Below are positions 39,102 to 50,478 of a stretch of DNA of 53,832 nucleotides, in pieces (position 1 is the stretch's first letter; every line of letters starts with the position of its first letter). This DNA comes from Patellaria atrata CBS 101060 (lineage: Eukaryota). The stretch is from contig MU006106.1 of NCBI GenBank assembly GCA_010093705.1, forward strand, positions 124,001 through 177,832, written 5' to 3'. A model generated the notes under the pieces. The model worked only from the letters and a program-made list of their open reading frames with translations, was not told the origin of the DNA and made no database searches. A program made the position numbers and the translations under genes.

Positions 39102-40345
39102 TTATACTTCCATACTCTCGCCTTCACCCTCCCTAGGCAATACTATCTCCCCCTTCGGCACAATCTTCAATGAGAAATCCACATGATTCACCCCCTGATG
39201 GATGCTACTCGTACTCACCACATCGACATCCTCACACACATATTCCCGCGCATTGTCCTCCGTTAAGCCTCCACTCACCTCGACTAACGGGCCCCGCGCT
39301 CCCCTTCCCCACTTATCCTTCAATCTCTTCGCGCACTCCCTCACCCCTTGTCCAGTAAAATTATCTAACATCACGATATCGGCTCCGGCGGCGATCGCCT
39401 CGTCAGCATCCTCGTAGCTCTGGCATTCCACCTCCACCTTGACGCTGAATCCGCCAGCAGCCTTTGCAGCCTTCACGGCGCTGGTTATAGACCCAGCGGA
39501 CCAGATGTGATTATCCTTCAGCATCGTCATCGAGGAAAGATCATGCCTGTGCGCGTCGACGCCTGCCACGAGCATGCCGTATTTTTCGACGAGGCGGAAG
39601 CCAGGGGTTGTTTTGCGCGTGCCGGCGAGGGTGGAGGTGTAGCCGGCGGCACGGAGGAGGGTCATGAGGGTGAGGGATCTATTGGAGGATGGAGTTAGTA
39701 AGATGAAGATTCAAAAGAGACGGGGAGGTGCGCTGCTGAGTGCTTGGAGAGAAGTGAGCTTACTTTGTAGCGATACCCGAGCACCGCGCGAGCGTGTTCA
39801 GGGCTACACGCTCGCCGAGGAGGAGTTTACGGACTGGACCACGCACGGTGGCGCAATGGGTTATGGGGTCGAAGGACATGCCCTCGGGAATGTGCCATTC
39901 GACTCTGTACCCATTGAGTATCAGAACTAATATCGGACGGGAACATAATCCGGGGGGAAAGGGGGGTGATTCGCGGTGTGGGATTTTGAGAAAAGAGGCT
40001 TCAAGATGACGGTAACGGACCTGGGATTCACACTCACGTGCAGTCCAGCTGTCTAAACACTTCGTCGAAAAAGGGTACGCCTGCCAGTACGCCCTATTCG
40101 GCTTGTCAGGACACTTTCAGATAGTACTACGATGAGTGTGTAGCAGGGAGTATTGAGAGGGATTTTATGTCTACCTTGCTCTTCCCTAGCAATCGTGCCT
40201 CAGCCAATTCCTCGCCCACGACGAAGCCACCATAGTCGAAGCTTGGTGTGTCCTCCTCGAGCCATTCGGAGATCAACCGTTTGTATGTCTGTGGGAGGAG
40301 GTGGGCGACGGTGCCATGTGCGGGAGCGCCTCCTGTGATAGGCAT
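39102..40345 (-). CDS. BNA6: Quinolinate phosphoribosyltransferase (nicotinate-nucleotide pyrophosphorylase), 4 exons
   Basis: [97 protein letters not shown]. Confidence 0.96.
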
Positions 40346-40855
40346 CTTGCAAGAATTGGGGTTGATTTGAAAGGTGATACCAGTAAGTTAGTAATAGTAT
40401 TGAACGACACAATGATTGAATCACTGGTCGGGGACATGAAAAGCTTCCATCCACAGGCACAATGAGGACTCCGAGTATGAACATCGGGTTGATGTCAGCG
40501 GGGCCGGTAAGCCGAGCTTAAGCGAATATCGAACCCCTTTTCCAACCTTTCTGACAGTAAGGTACTAACTTCATTTCAACGACATAGTACAGTTTCCGAC
40601 GAAGAATTTATCTATGCTGCTAATATCATAGCAATCTAAAGGCCAGTATAGGAACGTTAAGAGTTCCGGTTAAAGAGCAAGCAAAGTTCAGGAAAACAAT
40701 GGTTGATTTTCCCTCAAACCGGAGCGGAAAATCATGAAAATACTCCCTCCATTTGACACTTGACTAAGTTCACTCGATCAATGGTTAGAATAATACGGAC
40801 CCATGGCGAGCGTACGAAGTAGTCTAAATCTGAAAGAAACTTCTTCATTGATAGC

Positions 40856-41382
40856 TATATAAGTCCTACCATTCTCCTCTCCACAGGCAGCATCGACAAG
40901 TTGGCGCGCTCCCTCGTATATCAAGCTTTAAACAAGGTCAGTGATAAGAACTGAGACCAGAAAATAAACAGGCTCTCGACTAACAACATCAGCATACAGT
41001 ATTCAAAACAATGGAAGGGAAACTAATTGTAAGTCGAATCACGTACCCTACGCCACTCAGAGAAGCAGAACTGTGTGAAGAAATTCCCTGGGTTGTATAG
41101 ATACCGCAAACTTTCCAAGCGCGAGGGATGTGGTAATGTGAACTGAGCGGCTATCGACATTAGAGGTTAAGTAACAAGTCAACTGACATTATTAGCATCG
41201 AGGTTGAAAACGAGGAAGAGGAGCCGTTATGCAGTGAAATTACGTACTTTGGGCTCGACCATGGAGGAATGAAAAGAACGATGGACGATGAAGCTAGGTG
41301 AGTAATGGTATGATGGGGGGATCGGCGGTGGAAGAGACGGCGATATGATTAGTATGATTCACTGACAGTATATGTCAGATAA
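40856..41382 (+). other. Putative spliced Pol II transcription unit with only a micro-ORF (9 or 51 aa)
   Basis: TATATAA at about 40856. Introns 40937-40992 (GTCAGT..CTAAC..CAG), 41029-41195 (GTAAGT..CTGAC..TAG) and 41298-41378 (GTGAGT..CTGAC..CAG). ATG 41011 lies in AAAACAATGG context. Confidence 0.5.
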
Positions 41383-42714
41383 TGGGGAATCAAATAGGAG
41401 TAACATGGAAACCCAAAAGGAGGCCAAGGGGTGTCTTAGAGTAAACCTCATGCGTATGCGTATAGAGAAAGGAGAAAAAGGATAATGAATGAGAACTCAT
41501 GGTAGAATGTAAGGCTTTTGAGGATGACGGAAATCAACACAGCAGCACAGTCCCATGGATATCAAGCGGTTCACCCTAGAGTATGGGGTAAGAGCTTTGT
41601 TCGACAGACGAATATCATTTCCGAAATGCATACATATATTCTACATCGAGGGGTTGATATCTTCTTTTCGAGGCATATCAGTTCTACGCGACTTCTCAGA
41701 CCGAGCAATTTCATATTTACGTAGAAATACACCGGCACCATAGGTCATACAGGAAAGCGTGTTACTCCAAACACAGCAGCTTCATCTCCTACAATCGGGG
41801 GATCTTGACATATCTCTTGTCAGTGCTGTGTACCATCCATTCCGACTTACCGAACTGACCAGAGACAGCTTCTCCAAGTTCTACGCGGAAAGGCGCTCCC
41901 CATGGGTCAGGGAAACTGTGTTCCTTTGCCATACGAAGGAGCACTACCTTATGTTTGTTAATATAGTACCTCCCAGGATCCTTCCCTACATCTATTAACG
42001 CTCATTCTACCGTTTGTCTCTATCTGTCCGCACATTTCTTTTGGGATCTTCCTAATACACTCTCCCCGACGTTGAAACTGTCTGCAACCTCTTCTGAAGC
42101 CTTCTTACCACAGATAACGGATAAATGCGGGAAGATAGATCTGCTTATTAAAGGAGCAACAAAGCAGCATCAATCAATCTTTCCTGCCTACTCTAGGTTA
42201 AGGTCAGGTAATGAAACCTTGTCAACGCTCCCTTTTTCATATCTCCCTTCAACCGGGTGCTAATAGGAGCGGCTTCAGGAGCAAGTATGCAATCATACAT
42301 ATCATGGCGTCCTTACTGGACGGAAATAAGGCCTCACAAGGAGCACTTTCTAGTATTACATAGTCCGCATTATGACCTTTCTACCGCTCCTTATGGCCTC
42401 ACAGGCATAACCTAATTCTTGCGTTTTGTTTACCTTGATCCTGCACTTCTAATTTTCATCTACTTTGCTCGCAATGACGGGTGACTTGAGGAAAGAGTTA
42501 GAAACGACCTAAGGCCCAACCCTCCCATGTGAACATTTACACATCACGATTAAAGCGTCAGGTAACCTAAGTATGCGTCCCAATGCGGACTCTCATTAAT
42601 GATTGATGGCTAGACAGCGTATAAATACATCTCGACATAAAGAAAGGTATATGCTCCTATCCACGCTATGCACAAATTACATGACACCTTAGCGATATAT
42701 ATTGTCTCTCAAGC

Positions 42715-45700
42715 CTACCCTTGTTTGATACATACGGGACAGCCTCCTTTCAGCACGTTCCGTATTAAGTGAGCATGAGCAACCTTAGCGCCAACGCTCC
42801 GACTATAGTAGCTATATTCATCCTCTGCAGCATCTGCGAGCTGACTCTTGAGAATTCTAACCGCGGATTCTGCTGCTGGATCTTTGGACGTGGTGATGTC
42901 GAGAAGACAGGACAGGTGGTATACATGACCACACGCAAAGCCTACCAGTGTCTCCTTTTCTACTAATCTGTTAGATACTGCTGCTCAGCAAGATATATTC
43001 ATAGACTTACCGTCGTCCATAAAGATCTTCTTGCAACCCACACAATGTCCAGGTTTGACATTCTTATCCAACTGGACGGTCTCAGGCTCCAATTCTGTAG
43101 GTGGGTCATCGTGTCCTGGACCCTCAACCGGCTCGACAAACACTTTTACGTCCCCCGGTGCCTCTTCAGGCGGATCCTGATGCATGACCTCGAACTTGAC
43201 GCCACGCTTCTGTCCTTCCCGCAATCGATCCATTCCTGTAGCGACCTCGCCGCGTAGGACTCTCGCGACACCATCGCTGATACTAAACTGAAGTTCGTAC
43301 TCGCGGATCATACGATGTATCCCATCTCGTAATCCCTCGATTTCCAGCCCTTCGGGTATTCGACGCACCAAGGTAATGGGATTAATGGCTGTGCCAACTT
43401 CCTCGAGGAGGCCGCGAATGAAGCGTGGTTTGTCCATCGAGTAGTCGAGAAGGTCATTCCAGAGGTCCGGATCATCTTGGTCTTTGGCAAAAGTTATTGC
43501 TTGGGAGACGTCTCTGAGCTTGTCAATGATGAGGAAGAGGGCTCGTTTAGTTTGGCCGGTTTTAGATAGGAGATAGCTATAATCATCAGTTTAAACTTTC
43601 AGACCTTCCAACAAGTCGTACTTACACGAGCTCGGGGATGTACTGTCGACTCTCGCAGACAGAAGATGCCTTCTCGAATGAGTAGCTTGTTGATGATTTG
43701 AGCAGGCTCATGAGGAGCTGACGATCGTACTCCGCGTACAGCTCGACAGCTAGATCGGCGAAGTCCTCGACCATCGTTCTTCCTTCTCTAGCAATTCGTT
43801 CGGCTCCGGTGCCAAATCGCTTGTCAGTGCCGAAGCCATTCCATAACTCCCGTAGGTAGAAGAAGAGAAAAGGTTGGAACGATAGCCCTTTTGCTTTCAG
43901 CTGATCTACAACGACATTCGGTCTTACTACGCCTTCATAAGCCTCATCCACTAGCAGATGGATCGCCTCAGCGCTTAGATCCTCCAACTCATTCAACGGT
44001 GCGGAGTCTAGCTGCTCTTCAGACACACGAAGAAGGACAAAACCAGGAATATCATCAGCAACAGTATCCAACAGATGAGAACTGCGGATAAGACTCATTG
44101 CAGCATCCGGATTTTGCAGCCGAATATAGCACCTGAGAGCATCCCTAACTCGACTACTAGCTACATACAGCTTTGCAAGTGAATCGAGCAGTATTCGCCA
44201 ATCTCGACCTTTCTCTCCGGCTTCAACCGTATCTTCAGTGACATCACCGGCTTTTAGTTTCGCCTCAATCGCTGAAGTGACGCTGTTGATATCGAATAGT
44301 TCTGGATCCCATTGTTCCAGGAGGTCTCGGAGCTTCAATCGATCCCGAATGATGTAGTGTCCTAGTACAACCTCATACACCTCTGAAGGTAAAGGCGGGT
44401 GTAGTTGTTTACTGGGAATGTACGGTGTAATCTCGTCAAATTTTCCTGCTTGCGCAAAAGTCCACACCCAATGTTCCCATCTTGAGGATGTCCCCAAAAC
44501 TCTTCCTGCTACCTGACCTCCCGTATTCCAATCCTTAGCGGAGACGAGTTGTTGCACCCAAAGGTCGCCAATTCTACGTTTCTCCTTTTCTACAGCAGAG
44601 TTGTGGGCTCTGGCGCCGAGTATAGTTTCTTGTGACGTATTGTCGTCTGCAAAGAACTCGACCAAACTCCCTCCTCGCTTTGATGGGGTACTTGGCGTCG
44701 AGTCCGGTTGCTTACTCGACGGAGTGGAGATGACTTCTGGATGGTTATCAATCAATTCCCAAGCCGCCTTATAGTTGTCGTGTTCCAGTAACCAGTTAAG
44801 ATGATCTGAAGCGTCACGCTTTACTGCTAGGATACAGTCGTACGGGCTATGCATGAATATTTTCAAACCAACATTTGCTGCAGACGGATGAGCATCTTGA
44901 ATTCTTCTACTCGATATAGAGGGGACTCCCTGAGTCGAAGTGGGCCCTGGCGAAGTAATACTATCGTTGTCACCGCTGTTGGCGAAACTGATGATACTTG
45001 CTCCGGAACTAAAGATCCGTTTAGCATTCGCCCCGGCGTCCCACAAACCCCCTCCAATAGCCTCAAGTGCGTTTCGTTGTGCAGGTCCGATATCTGGAGC
45101 CGGTGGGATATAAAGGGTGCTTAGATGATAGTCTGCTGCTGACAGTGATTCAAACCTGCTCACGGTCAATGTATCAACGTCAACCTCCTCCTTGTCTTCT
45201 GAGGATAGATCAATGATTCGTAGCTGGGGCTTAATACCATTCTGTCGATGGTGTACGCCCCGTCTTGGTGTCGTCTGTGCGGTTGGTGTTATTGGTTCGT
45301 CATCGTCATCACGAGTTCTGTAAGCAAGTACGAGAAGAAGGGAAGGGGTATAGAGCGATAAACCAGAAACAATGCAATCACCAAACCGTAAACTGTGATA
45401 ACAGGATTAGCTGGATCGCAGAGCAAAATCTATTGTGGGAAACATACGAATGCACAACATCCACACTACCAACAGATCTCTCACCAACCGTCTTGCCCAT
45501 ACCTGCTCCTCCCATGTTTACGTGAAATACCCAAGCGCAGTCTCCCCACCCTACTACCACTTTCTCTTTCGAATCTTTTCGAACAGAACTTTTTATTGAA
45601 GATTTGTTTCCTCGATTGTATTTCTCCTGGGGTTCTGTAGATGCTAGGAGTAGATCTTCGTCTGCTTCTAGATTCTTGTCGTCTATCCATTCTGCTCTTG

Positions 45701-46875
45701 CTTTCCAAACGCCAGCCATATCTTCCCACGTACGGCGATTGGGACGGTCAAAATGACCAATTCTTTTCCATGCTGACTCGGAATCGGCGCTTTCTAAGTA
45801 GAGGCCAGATCTCATGAACTTTATACCTTGCTCATTTACCCAAACCACATATTTGCCAGATAATGACCACTTGATAGTATTGATGGTACCCTCTCCACTG
45901 TGCAGTACGGTGTCTTTACCAGTATTAGCCCCTAAGCCGATAGATCCAAGCCAACCTGATGCAGCAGCGGCAGCACTATTGGTATTTGCATTTGCACTGA
46001 CTCCCGCCTTACCCCCAGACGTCATGATGAGGTTTCCAGCTAGGCCTCCAGAAAGATATGTTCTATCATTTTTATAGTCAGGTGACAGCGCAACAGCTTG
46101 AACCGGTCTCGCAAAATTACGCAGCGTAACATCTTTGGGATCAATGAGTGAAGAGACACATACGTGCCCATCTATCGAAGATGTTGCTATGTATATTGAA
46201 TTCGACGGAGTTGTCGGAACTTGGACCTGCTTCGGAGTTCTTGGTGTTCTTGGTGAAGCGCCAGTGGTTGGGTTTGACTTTATGGAGCTTGCTTTGCTAG
46301 AAGTAGACCTAGATTCGCTCTGTAACCTTGCAACGACTTCAGACCTTGCATTGGGGAACGGTGGAGGGAAAGGGGATATTGAGACAGCTGTCACAGAGGC
46401 TGAATGCGCATGGTAGAACCGTAAAGATTGGAAGGTCGGGATTGTAATCGCATGCTTCACATGGTCAACGGCGGAAGAGATCTCAAGTATACTTCAAGGA
46501 CTCACGATGTTCCCATTATGCGTCCCAATTATCTAAAGAAGATTGAGCAACCAATCCCCAATATCTATGCGGACTCAAGCTTACCATTTTATCCCCAGCA
46601 ACCAGAAAGCTACTTGTCGCATCACCATTTCTGTAGACTGACCCCAGACTGCTTGTCAGTACTGAATATTTCAATTTCGGTTCTTCGTCCTCTTCCTCAT
46701 CATCCTCCTCTTCGTCCTCCTCACTGTCTTCAGCTTCACCGAGACGCTTCGTGTCGCGTTCATGAAAGGGCATGATCGGAGGTCCAGCTATGTCTGTAGA
46801 TGGGTTGTTCTCCTGCGCCCCCTCTTTTTCATTGTTGCCATCGTTTAGCTCGGGTCCTTCCGATTCCGCGGACAT
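42715..46875 (-). CDS. VPS41: HOPS complex subunit Vps41, multi-exon
   Basis: Acidic N-terminus then EPKLKY, WD40 region (HAHSASVTAVSISP, NFARPVQAVALSPDY, VLHSGEGTINTIKWS), SPYDCILAVKRD..DHL.WL, clathrin-repeat region (SYSFEKA..VCE...YIPEL), and a C-terminal RING-like C..C...FACGHVYHLSC...CPVC. Confidence 0.95.
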
Positions 46876-47082
46876 GATGGACGCATTGGTTTCTCTGTAA
46901 TTTTATGGTAGTGGTCTTACGACGTTGAGATCCGTAGGTTTACAGTAGCTTTGGAATTGATGACGCTAGCTGTAGCTCTCCCCGAACCCGCTTCGCGCTA
47001 GAATGGATTTAGTTCTACCTTATGGATAACTGCTACAAGTTCAATTCAATAGCTTTTATCTAGTTCTACGAAATATAGCTAG

Positions 47083-48522
47083 ATGAAGCTGGAACAAATT
47101 GCGTACTGTCCCTATTGGCGATGACATATTCTTACAATAATGTAACCAGGTGTGCTCTACGATCATCGCACCGCCCATGCCAACTTCTTGGTTTCTCGCG
47201 ATCTTTTACAAGAGCAACCCCAAGTTTCAAAACAAATAGAGAAAGGATTGTGTCGCAGGACGTAACTTCCAAGCAGGATGATCAGACGAAGCGCAAAGGC
47301 GCTCGTGCTTCAGCTGGTAAAACATCATTGCGAAGGGTAGCTGTTGAGGCAGAGCGCTCGAGGGTTGGCTTCATTAGAGGAAGAGGGAAGATACGATTTG
47401 TGGATCCAGAAGTTGAAACTAGGGTATGAAAGTCATGTTTGCCCCCTAGTGTGTATGAGTCTAACTGGCATATAGACAGTAACTGCATATTGTGCAGCGG
47501 AACAGTATAACATCTCGAAGGTCGCCCACCTCGTTAAAGAGGAAGGCTATAAACTCGATCCTTATCATACTGGCCTATACCCCCAAGTTGTTCATCTACG
47601 AACCCCCTACGAATGTACGCAGATATCTGAACACGGAGATGCCGCAGTACAAGGGCTAGGAGACCTCTTCATATTTCCATCTGGTACCGCCGTTGCCTGG
47701 AATGTCCCTAATAGACTGGTCTCAGATTTTGTGAGCCGGATTTTGCTTCCCGCCGCTGAGGGGGTTAAATTGGACTTTATTGAAGAAGAGGACCTGGAGT
47801 ATGTAGAGGATCCGTCCACAGATGCTAGCAGTATCATCGGTGATACAATCATATTAGGAACCCAATTGGGAGTGACCTTATCAAAATCTAGTGAAAACGG
47901 ATATGTATCCCAATCAAGACAGGGGAATTCTGAGAACAATGCTGTCCCACATGATGAGATTGATACTGTCCTCGCAAAGATTGCGTTCTCTTCTGGCCTC
48001 GCTCGCTCTACTAAGCTTGCAGTCCTCGAGAGTCTACTGAATTCCTACTTCAACTCGACGCGGGATATACCACGACTTCTATCCCATGGTTCTCGGTTAC
48101 CTTATTCACGGGATTTTATTCTTCGCAAAACGGGAGAACTACTTAGCATCCGCGCTCAGCTGAATCTATATTCTGAGCTTACTGATTCTCTCCCAGATCT
48201 CTTTTGGGATAGTCGACATGAACTAGGCCTAGAAGGCTACTATGATGAAGTTGGTCGTGCGCTTGACATCAATGTTCGCATTAAGAGTTTGAACGACAAA
48301 ATGGACTATGCCCAAGAGATAGCGACTGTTCTCCGAGAACGGCTCAGTGAGTCGCATGGCTTACTCCTCGAGTGGCTGATTATTGCTCTTATCTCCGTAG
48401 AAGTACTCTTCGAGTTGTTACGGCAATACAAGGAATGGGAAGAAAGGCATGACGAGTTAAGTACAGATGCCTTGTTCCGTAAATTCTTGAAAAAGGAGTT
48501 GCAGAAAGAACAATCGCGTTGA
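47083..48522 (+). CDS. DUF155 / RMD1-Sif2 family protein, probably the mitochondrial RMND1 (Mrx10)-like member; start exon tentative
   Basis: Presequence-like N-terminus, SLRRVAVEAERSR, VTAYCAAEQY, DLFIFPSGTAVAW, KIAFSSGLARSTKLAVLE, RAQLNLYSELTDSLPDLFW, LDINVRIKSLNDKMDY, LEWLIIALISVE. Confidence 0.88.
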
Positions 48523-49153
48523 CCACAGGAAATGAGAGATCCAAGCGATCTATAATTCGTCCAGAGCTCACGAATCACTAAATCCCCTTTCCATCGCACT
48601 TTGCGCTGCGGCTCAAATAAAGGATAATCACAACTCCCTTGCGCATAAGGTGACAAGCTCTATTGGCCCATGGAAGAAATAAAGTCCAAGGATACCTGGC
48701 TGAGAGCTAAACATCACAATCCTCACTTCTCTATTGACAAATCTAGCGTACAAGTGAAGGAAAATGAGCATATATATCAGTACAGCCCACCACCATATAG
48801 TGTACAGACGGTAAAGAACTAGGTAACGGAGCAATTATGCACTACGAGGCGTTCTAAGGGATAACGGTTTAGTAGGACCAGCCCCTTTGAGGTTTTAGAT
48901 ATATAGAACTACATATAACAGTCTATGGTATATCAAACACTTACTGTACTGAAACTCTATAACTCTCGTATAAAAGAGATATAGAATGTAAACGAATATG
49001 TAATCCGTTTGCAAAGTTTACTGTACCTGCTAAACTTCGGCAAAACCCACAAACACATTTCACGAAATCGTCAAGGCAAACTCCTCGAAAGCTTTGAACA
49101 TCGCGATCTTTGTCTATCTAAGACATCTGAGTCTTCGACTACCTACCACAAGG

Positions 49154-50185
49154 ATGGGTGTTCCCTTCGACTATGCGCCCGATCGACCGGAGCATATCGA
49201 TGTCATACTTAACGGCCTTGACCGATACAACCCAGAAACCACCGCTGTCTTCCAGGACTATGTCATGCAACAGTGTGAAAATCAGACATATGACTGCTAC
49301 GCAAACTTAGCGCTTCTGAAATTGTACGTAATCTGCTTTCTATCTAAGGGTTCAAAAATTCCCTTCATACTGTCCAATATGATGAATAACTTACCACGAA
49401 CGTTTCCTATTACCCGAGGGCAACGGAGCATGAATCTCTCCAGCCCGTTGAAGTATCTTTTTAGCTCTATCTGATATGACATTCTTCACTATTCGCTATT
49501 TCATTTTCCGAGAATTGAACCATCTGCTGATTATTCTCCCACTATATCAGATACCAGTTTAACCCTCACCTCACCCGGGACGAAACAATAACCAACATCC
49601 TCGTCAAATCTCTTACCGTCTTCCCCTCGCCAGACTTCAGCCTGTGCCTCTCTCTTCTACCCCCGCACATTCTAACACCTCACGCCGCATCCCTCTCTGC
49701 TCCTGCGGCCGGCGACGCGTCTCTCCCGGAAGCCGTACAGAAACTCAACGTCCTCAACAACTTACTTGGCGGTGCAGACTATGCCGGCTTCTGGGCTGAG
49801 CTAGACTCAGACGACCTCTACGCAGATCTAGTAGCAGATGTGAGCGGGTTCGAGGAGTTGATGCGGGTTCGGATTGCGGTGACGGTATCTCAGGCGATGA
49901 GGGCGGTGAAGAGAAGTGTGCTAGAAGCGTGGTTGAACCTGTTTGGAAGCGGGTTCGAACACTTTGTAGGTGAGGTGTGTGGATGGGTAGTAGAAGGGGA
50001 TACAGTGAAAGTGCCTCTGAATAAAGAGAATGAGGCTAAGGGGACGGTGGTGAGGGAAAATGTGAAATTTGACCGTAAGTTCTAACTATTTTGTTTGCCC
50101 TTTCAAACTCGCGATATGAAGATACTAACGATAGCTTGCAGAGTTCTCGAGATTGATCAAACGAGCGTACGAGCAACCTGCATAG
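49154..50185 (+). CDS. EIF3K: Eukaryotic translation initiation factor 3 subunit K; exons 49154-49324, 49551-50074, 50142-50185
   Basis: [18 protein letters not shown]...[19 protein letters not shown]...[19 protein letters not shown]...[11 protein letters not shown]...[31 protein letters not shown]. Confidence 0.95.
49371..49481 (+). ncRNA. Intronic box C/D snoRNA, U44/SNORD44-like (predicted 18S rRNA 2'-O-methyl-A guide)
   Basis: Inside the unusually long (226 nt) eIF3k intron 1: box C ATGATGA (49379-85), box D CTGA (49471-74), flanking TGTC/GACA stem, D'-like CCGA (49414-17) and internal GGGC/GCCC stem. The guide TTAGCTCTA before box D is antisense to the conserved 18S sequence UAGAGCUAA. 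Confidence 0.85.
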
Positions 50186-50478
50186 TGAAGGTGGGTCGTA
50201 GGATATCTCTTTCTAATCATGAATTGACGCATCAGACGGGGGAGACGGTGTAGCAATACACTTTTCACGGCGTTATGAGAGGTCAAGTCTGAAATGAGAT
50301 ATGAGGATTGAACCCTATCCAGTTCGTCCAAAACATTCAATGACATGACTGTATTCATGATATCCAATTTCAGATGTACCATCTCCCGACGTTTATTCTG
50401 CATATGGCACGAACCAGTTCTCTATTAACATGACTTCGTAATTCATCGCTTTTCGTCTTGATCCTGTGTATCCTCCTG

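Noticed and set aside
41126..41146. GGATGTGGTA antisense to 18S rRNA inside intron 41029-41195
   Set aside because: Only 10 nt and not adjacent to a D/D' box; compatible with chance.
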